The notes under the pieces are model-generated. The model searched no databases and was not told where the DNA came from. It worked only from the letters and a program-made list of their open reading frames with translations. From Armatimonadota bacterium (GTDB lineage: Bacteria; Armatimonadota; Hebobacteria; CAIYQO01), in assembly GCA_038248345.1 (NCBI GenBank), contig JBBRXO010000046.1, positions 1 through 21,840 on the forward strand: 21,840 bases of DNA, read 5' to 3'. Position numbers and translations under genes: made by a program. Positions 17,659 to 21,840 of this stretch are shown in pieces; position 1 is the stretch's first letter; the number at the start of each line of letters is the position of its first letter.

Positions 17659-18435
17659 TCAATACCCCCCCAGCAACCCCTTCATCTTTGCACTCTTCTC
17701 GGCTAGATGAAAGAGGTAGGCGCCTAGCAGGAAGTAGGCGATGCCGTTGGCCAGGCTGACGGCGAACTGCAGCGGGTCGAAGGGGGCGTGGTTGATGGCC
17801 AGGGCGCGGATCATACCGGCGCCGGGCATCATGGGGAGGAAGTGGGTGGCGATGCGCCAGTTGCCCTCCCAGTCCTCTACCGGGGTCATCACCAGGAAGA
17901 GCAAAACGAACTGCATTAGTTGGATAAGGTTCATGATGCGCTTGAAGATGAGGGTGAGGCCGCCCATGACGTAGCCCAGCCCGTAGGTGGCGAGCATGAC
18001 GGTGATTAGTGGTAAAATAGCCAACGGGGTGAAATCAATATCTTTGCGTTGGGTGATGAGTATGATCGAGGTGAACGCCGTGACAATAACCGCCAGCTGC
18101 ACCAGCAGATCGGCGAAGGCGCGCAACATGAAGACCACGATGGGGCCGTAAGGCGAAAGGAAAACCTGCTCCAGCGTGCCCGCCTGCGCCTCGTTCTGGA
18201 TGGTCCATGCCATGCCGGTGAGGGCGTAGAGCGTCAGGCTCCAGAGCAGGTAGGAGATGATGATCTTATCCAACCGGTCGCCGAACTGCGTTGTGCCACC
18301 CGCCATATATTGAAAACCATAAAATAGACCGAGAAAGATAGCTATAAAAGTGATCGTCAGAGTGATGGCCTCACTGGGGTAGCGTACGAACTGTATCCAA
18401 CTGCGTTTCACTTCTGAGAGGAAAAGACTAACCAT
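17659..18435 (-). CDS. ABC-2 type exporter permease
   Basis: About six hydrophobic segments; EAQAGTLEQVFLSP motif; overlaps the ATPase gene. Confidence 0.88.
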   Translation of the reverse strand: MVSLFLSEVKRSWIQFVRYPSEAITLTITFIAIFLGLFYGFQYMAGGTTQFGDRLDKIIISYLLWSLTLYALTGMAWTIQNEAQAGTLEQVFLSPYGPIVVFMLRAFADLLVQLAVIVTAFTSIILITQRKDIDFTPLAILPLITVMLATYGLGYVMGGLTLIFKRIMNLIQLMQFVLLFLVMTPVEDWEGNWRIATHFLPMMPGAGMIRALAINHAPFDPLQFAVSLANGIAYFLLGAYLFHLAEKSAKMKGLLGGY

Positions 18436-19351
18436 CGTTGCCCTCCCGCACCAGCCGCAGGAAGATCTCTGTCAGATCCGCCTGGTCCTGCACCACGCGT
18501 TTCAGCGGCAATGGTTTCAGAATCTCCAGCACCTGCCACAGTTCGTCCGCATCGCCGAGGAATTCGATCTGCTGCTGCTTCACCAGCGCCTGCAGCTCGG
18601 CTAGTTTCGCCAACTGCGCGGGCGTAAGCTCCCCGCCCACCTCGATGGTGTAGGCAGTACCACAGAAGCGGCGGATCAGCTCCTGCGTCGGCTCCTCGGC
18701 GATGATACTGCCTTTGCGGATAATGGCCACGCGGTCGCTGATCTCCTCGGCCACGTCCAACTGGTGGGTGGTGAGCAAGATGGCGTGTCCCTCCTGGCTG
18801 ATCTCTTTCACCAGCTCCTTAACCGTCTCCGCCGCCTCCACATCCAGCCCCAGCGTCGGCTCGTCAAGTAGTAACAGGCGCGGGCGGTGCATCAGCGCCA
18901 CCGCAATGGCCAGCTTCTGCTGCATCCCGCGCGAGAGCGTCTGCACGGTGGCGTTGCGCTTGTCCAGCAGCTCAAACCGCCCCAATAACTCTACCGCCCG
19001 CACGTGCGCCTCCGCCCCGGTGATGCCGCGCAACGCGCCGAAGTAAAGCAGGTTCTCTTCCGCTGTCAGCCGCCAGTAGATGTTGCGGTTACCCTCCAGC
19101 ACCGCCCCCAGCGAGCGTAGCGCGTGCGCGTCATTGTGCGGGTCCAGCCCATCAATACGCACGGTACCCGCATCAGGAGTCACCAGCCCGGCGATCATCT
19201 TGATGGTAGTAGTCTTCCCCGCCCCATTCGGCCCCAAAAACGCCAACACCTCGCCCACCTCCAGCGTAAGCGAAACATCCCGCACCGCCTGCGTAGTCTT
19301 TCCGCGAGCGGCGTAGGTTTTATATAGGTTTTTTGCTTCCAGTATTGGCAT
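18428..19351 (-). CDS. ABC transporter ATP-binding protein (ABC-2/DrrA-like)
   Basis: Walker A GPNGAGKTT, signature LSRGMQQ, Walker B LLLLDEPTLGLD, TTH switch; likely start MPILEAK at 19351. Confidence 0.93.
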   Translation of the reverse strand: MPILEAKNLYKTYAARGKTTQAVRDVSLTLEVGEVLAFLGPNGAGKTTTIKMIAGLVTPDAGTVRIDGLDPHNDAHALRSLGAVLEGNRNIYWRLTAEENLLYFGALRGITGAEAHVRAVELLGRFELLDKRNATVQTLSRGMQQKLAIAVALMHRPRLLLLDEPTLGLDVEAAETVKELVKEISQEGHAILLTTHQLDVAEEISDRVAIIRKGSIIAEEPTQELIRRFCGTAYTIEVGGELTPAQLAKLAELQALVKQQQIEFLGDADELWQVLEILKPLPLKRVVQDQADLTEIFLRLVREGNDG

Positions 19352-19373
19352 ATTTTGTTTTTTTCTTTTCAAA

Positions 19374-19397
19374 ACAGAGGGCACAGAGGGCACAGAG
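19374..19397. repeat. 9-bp tandem repeat (ACAGAGGGC x2.7)
   Basis: ACAGAGGGC ACAGAGGGC ACAGAG read directly. Confidence 0.7.
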
Positions 19398-19408
19398 AAT
19401 ATTATATA

Positions 19409-20809
19409 CTATTCCAGCAAATCACTGGCGTCTATTAAAACAACATCTTCATTCCCAGCACGTTGTTGTAGCGCGTCGGTGAATCCGGAGGCGGAGAAGA
19501 GGGCATATTTGAAGTTGCGGGCGCTAGCGCCGGGCACAGCGCTGGCTTTTCGGTGTAGCTCTTCCAGTTGGTTTTTACCCATGGGTTTCTGCCACCATTT
19601 GCATTCCCCCACCAGTGTGATGTTTTTGCCCTGCTGGTCTAGTTCCGCGTAAAGGTCAATCTCATTGTCCCCTGACCACCAGCGGCCTACCCGCAGGGGC
19701 GTACCGCCATATGCATCATGCCAGCGGTGTAACACGAACAGGCGGCATACTTCCTCAAAGACATGGCCCAGGTGCGTGTTCAGTTGCGGTTTGATATATT
19801 GCTCCCATACAGTTTCGCCCTGCCCCGCCTGAATCAGGCCCTGATACGGCAAGATGAAACGACACCAGAAGGTGATAAATGGGTCATCTACCAGATATAG
19901 CCCACGCTTGCATTTGTCTGGATACGCCTCGGTCGCCGGTACATCGCGGCGTAACAGGCCCATCTCACGTAAGATGCCGAGGTACTTCATCGCTCCGGTG
20001 GCAGTTATCCCGGCGCGGCTGGCGATTTCCGAGGTGCGGGTGGCCCCACCTGCCACGGCTTTCAAGATGCTCAGGTAAGTGGCGATATGATTTAATTCGG
20101 TGCGCAGCAGGAAATTGACCTCTTCAAAGAAGAACCCCTGCCCATTCAGCGCTTCACGCAGCAGATTCTGCTGGATATTCCGAGCGGAGGAGAATCGCTC
20201 CAGGTATGCCGGAATGCCCCCCAATATACCATAGGCGGTAAGCTTCTCGCGCGGGGTGTATTGCGGGAAAAAGAGCGCGGCATCCCACGGGAGGAGCGGC
20301 CCCAGCCGTAATTGCCCGGTTCGCCTGCCGTATAGCGGTGAACGTTCCGCCAGCACCTCATTCTCCATAAAGCCGACATGTGAACCGCACAGTATCAAAA
20401 AGAGGCGGGTGTGCTTGCCGGTGGTGTCCCACCAGCGTTGCAGTATCGATGGGAGCGCCGGGTTCTCCTGACATAGGTACGGAAATTCGTCGAGTACACA
20501 AATAAACTGCTGGCGCTCAGCCAATTTGGCGAGATACTCTAATGCTACATCCCACCCGGTGAACTCTATCGACGCCAGCAGTGGATCCGGGTAAACAGCC
20601 AGCAGATCATGCTTCAACTGGCGCAGGTTATCCAGCTCGCGTAGCTGCGCGGCGAGAAAATAAACGTGCCCTTTCCCCCGGCAAAACTCGCGCAACATGG
20701 CCGTCTTGCCGGTACGCCGCCGCCCGTACAACACAAATAACTCGGCGCGGTTGTCAGCGTAGCGGTCTCTCAAACCCTTTAGCTCTGTTTTACGGTTGAC
20801 GAATTCCAT
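19409..20809 (-). CDS. Archaeal-type ATPase with winged HTH, DUF234 and C-terminal PD-(D/E)XK-like domain
   Basis: FVNRKTEL, YGRRRTGKT, LDEFPYL, ILCGS, GGIPAYL, DPFITFW, FEE, EID...GECKW; ATG 20809 with GGAG RBS. Confidence 0.88.
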   Translation of the reverse strand: MEFVNRKTELKGLRDRYADNRAELFVLYGRRRTGKTAMLREFCRGKGHVYFLAAQLRELDNLRQLKHDLLAVYPDPLLASIEFTGWDVALEYLAKLAERQQFICVLDEFPYLCQENPALPSILQRWWDTTGKHTRLFLILCGSHVGFMENEVLAERSPLYGRRTGQLRLGPLLPWDAALFFPQYTPREKLTAYGILGGIPAYLERFSSARNIQQNLLREALNGQGFFFEEVNFLLRTELNHIATYLSILKAVAGGATRTSEIASRAGITATGAMKYLGILREMGLLRRDVPATEAYPDKCKRGLYLVDDPFITFWCRFILPYQGLIQAGQGETVWEQYIKPQLNTHLGHVFEEVCRLFVLHRWHDAYGGTPLRVGRWWSGDNEIDLYAELDQQGKNITLVGECKWWQKPMGKNQLEELHRKASAVPGASARNFKYALFSASGFTDALQQRAGNEDVVLIDASDLLE

Positions 20810-20814
20810 AACTA

Positions 20815-20860
20815 TATACTCCAAAGTATTATACTCTAAAGTATAATACTTTGGAGTATA
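20815..20860. promoter_or_regulatory. Triple palindromic operator-like array
   Basis: Three ATACT-N4-AGTAT boxes at 15-bp period (20816, 20831, 20846); overall a perfect 21-bp inverted repeat with a 4-nt centre. Confidence 0.75.
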
Positions 20861-20903
20861 ATGTTAAATATGTCGTCTCGTAAAAGTACTTCGCCGCGGC
20901 CAC

Positions 20904-20940
20904 CCCTGGGAACGCAGGCGTCCCGCCTGCCCTCCCAGGG
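20904..20940. repeat. REP-like stem-loop immediately after dapB
   Basis: CCCTGGGA-AC-GCAGGCG-TCC-CGCCTGC-CC-TCCCAGGG. Confidence 0.6.
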
Positions 20941-20942
20941 AA

Positions 20943-21737
20943 TTACAGCAGCTTCTCCAACCCTACCACCAGCCCGGTCAACCCCATCACTTTGCGCACG
21001 GCCAGCACTACGCCGGGCATGAAGGACTCGCGGTTGATGGTGTCGTGGCGGATAGTGAGCGTCTGGCCCAGGCCGCCGAAGATCACCTCCTGGCTGGCCA
21101 CCATGCCGGGCAGGCGCACCGCGTGCACGCGGATATTGCCCTCGGCCATGCCGCGGCTGGCCTCGCCGTCCTCTGCTGTTGCCGGCTCGGTCAGGCGTCC
21201 GGTGGCGGCGGCGCGCATCAGTTCGGCGGTGCGCAGGGCGGTGCCGCTGGGGGCGTCCAGCTTCTTCTCGTGGTGGAATTCAATCACCTCGGCGTAGTCG
21301 AAATGCCGCACCGCCTGCTGCGCGAACTCCATCATCAGCACCGCGCCGATGGCGAAGTTGGGGGCGATGAAGACCGGGCTGCCCGAGGCCGCGCTCATGG
21401 CTTCGATCTCCGCCAGATTCTCCGCGCTCAACCCGGTAGTACCCACCACCGCCGCCACGCCCAGCGGCACAGCCACGCGCAGGTTGGCCATGATGACATC
21501 CGGACGGGTGAAGTCCACCATCACTGCCGCTCCGCAGGCCTGCAATGCCGCGCCCAGATCCGCCTGCACCGCTACCCCCAGCGCGCCGATACCCACCACG
21601 CTGCCGATATCCTCGCCGGTGAACTGCAGATCCACTGCCCCCGCTACGGACATCCCCTCCGCCACGCTCACCGCCTTCACCACCTCGCGCCCCATCATCC
21701 CGCAGGCACCCGCTACTAGTACTCTTATGTTTGACAT
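20943..21737 (-). CDS. dapB: 4-hydroxy-tetrahydrodipicolinate reductase
   Basis: VAGACGMMG, VDFT, VGTTG, APNFAIG, EFHHEKKLDAPSGTA; ATG 21737 with GGAG RBS. Confidence 0.97.
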   Translation of the reverse strand: MSNIRVLVAGACGMMGREVVKAVSVAEGMSVAGAVDLQFTGEDIGSVVGIGALGVAVQADLGAALQACGAAVMVDFTRPDVIMANLRVAVPLGVAAVVGTTGLSAENLAEIEAMSAASGSPVFIAPNFAIGAVLMMEFAQQAVRHFDYAEVIEFHHEKKLDAPSGTALRTAELMRAAATGRLTEPATAEDGEASRGMAEGNIRVHAVRLPGMVASQEVIFGGLGQTLTIRHDTINRESFMPGVVLAVRKVMGLTGLVVGLEKLL

Positions 21738-21767
21738 TTTTGTGTTCTCCATTTGTCTCTTTATTCT

Positions 21768-21789
21768 GTAGGGGCACAAGGCTTGTGCC
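21768..21789 (+). repeat. GTAG-type REP-like palindrome upstream of dapB
   Basis: GTAG followed by GGCACAAG-G-CTTGTGCC. Confidence 0.55.
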
Positions 21790-21840
21790 AACGTCGTAAC
21801 CACACCTTCAATTGGTCATGTCTCCTATACACCGTTCTGC

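Noticed and set aside
20815..20860. CRISPR array
   Set aside because: 15-bp period with no spacers and no cas genes.
5330..21777. Long antisense or alternative-frame ORFs (e.g. 5330-5938, 10420-11055, 14027-14641, 15601-16218, 21045-21719)
   Set aside because: Shadows of well-supported GC-rich genes, with no motifs of their own.

Overview
GC-rich bacterial chromosomal segment, mostly housekeeping genes. The gene set looks Terrabacteria-like; Armatimonadota is only a guess. Plus strand: hypothetical protein, ytxH-rsbV-rsbW-sigB-like partner-switching operon, orphan sugar-binding lipoprotein coupled to queC, glmU-prs, tRNA-Pro(CGG), vWA lipoprotein, 1037-aa secreted beta-sandwich protein, family-4 uracil-DNA glycosylase, and an XRE helix-turn-helix domain fused in frame to LeuA. 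Minus strand: a 55-aa ORF missing from the ORF track, a PASTA Ser/Thr kinase, an ABC-2 exporter pair, an ATPase/DUF234-type protein and dapB. Most notable: (1) the HTH-LeuA fusion, with two ribosome-binding sites and operator-like repeats over its promoter; (2) a candidate ~170-nt structured RNA divergent from it; (3) a triple palindrome over the ATPase/DUF234 ribosome-binding site; (4) several REP/REPIN-like repeats; (5) the orphan antitoxin-like small protein. All calls come from reading motifs by eye; no searches or folding programs were run.
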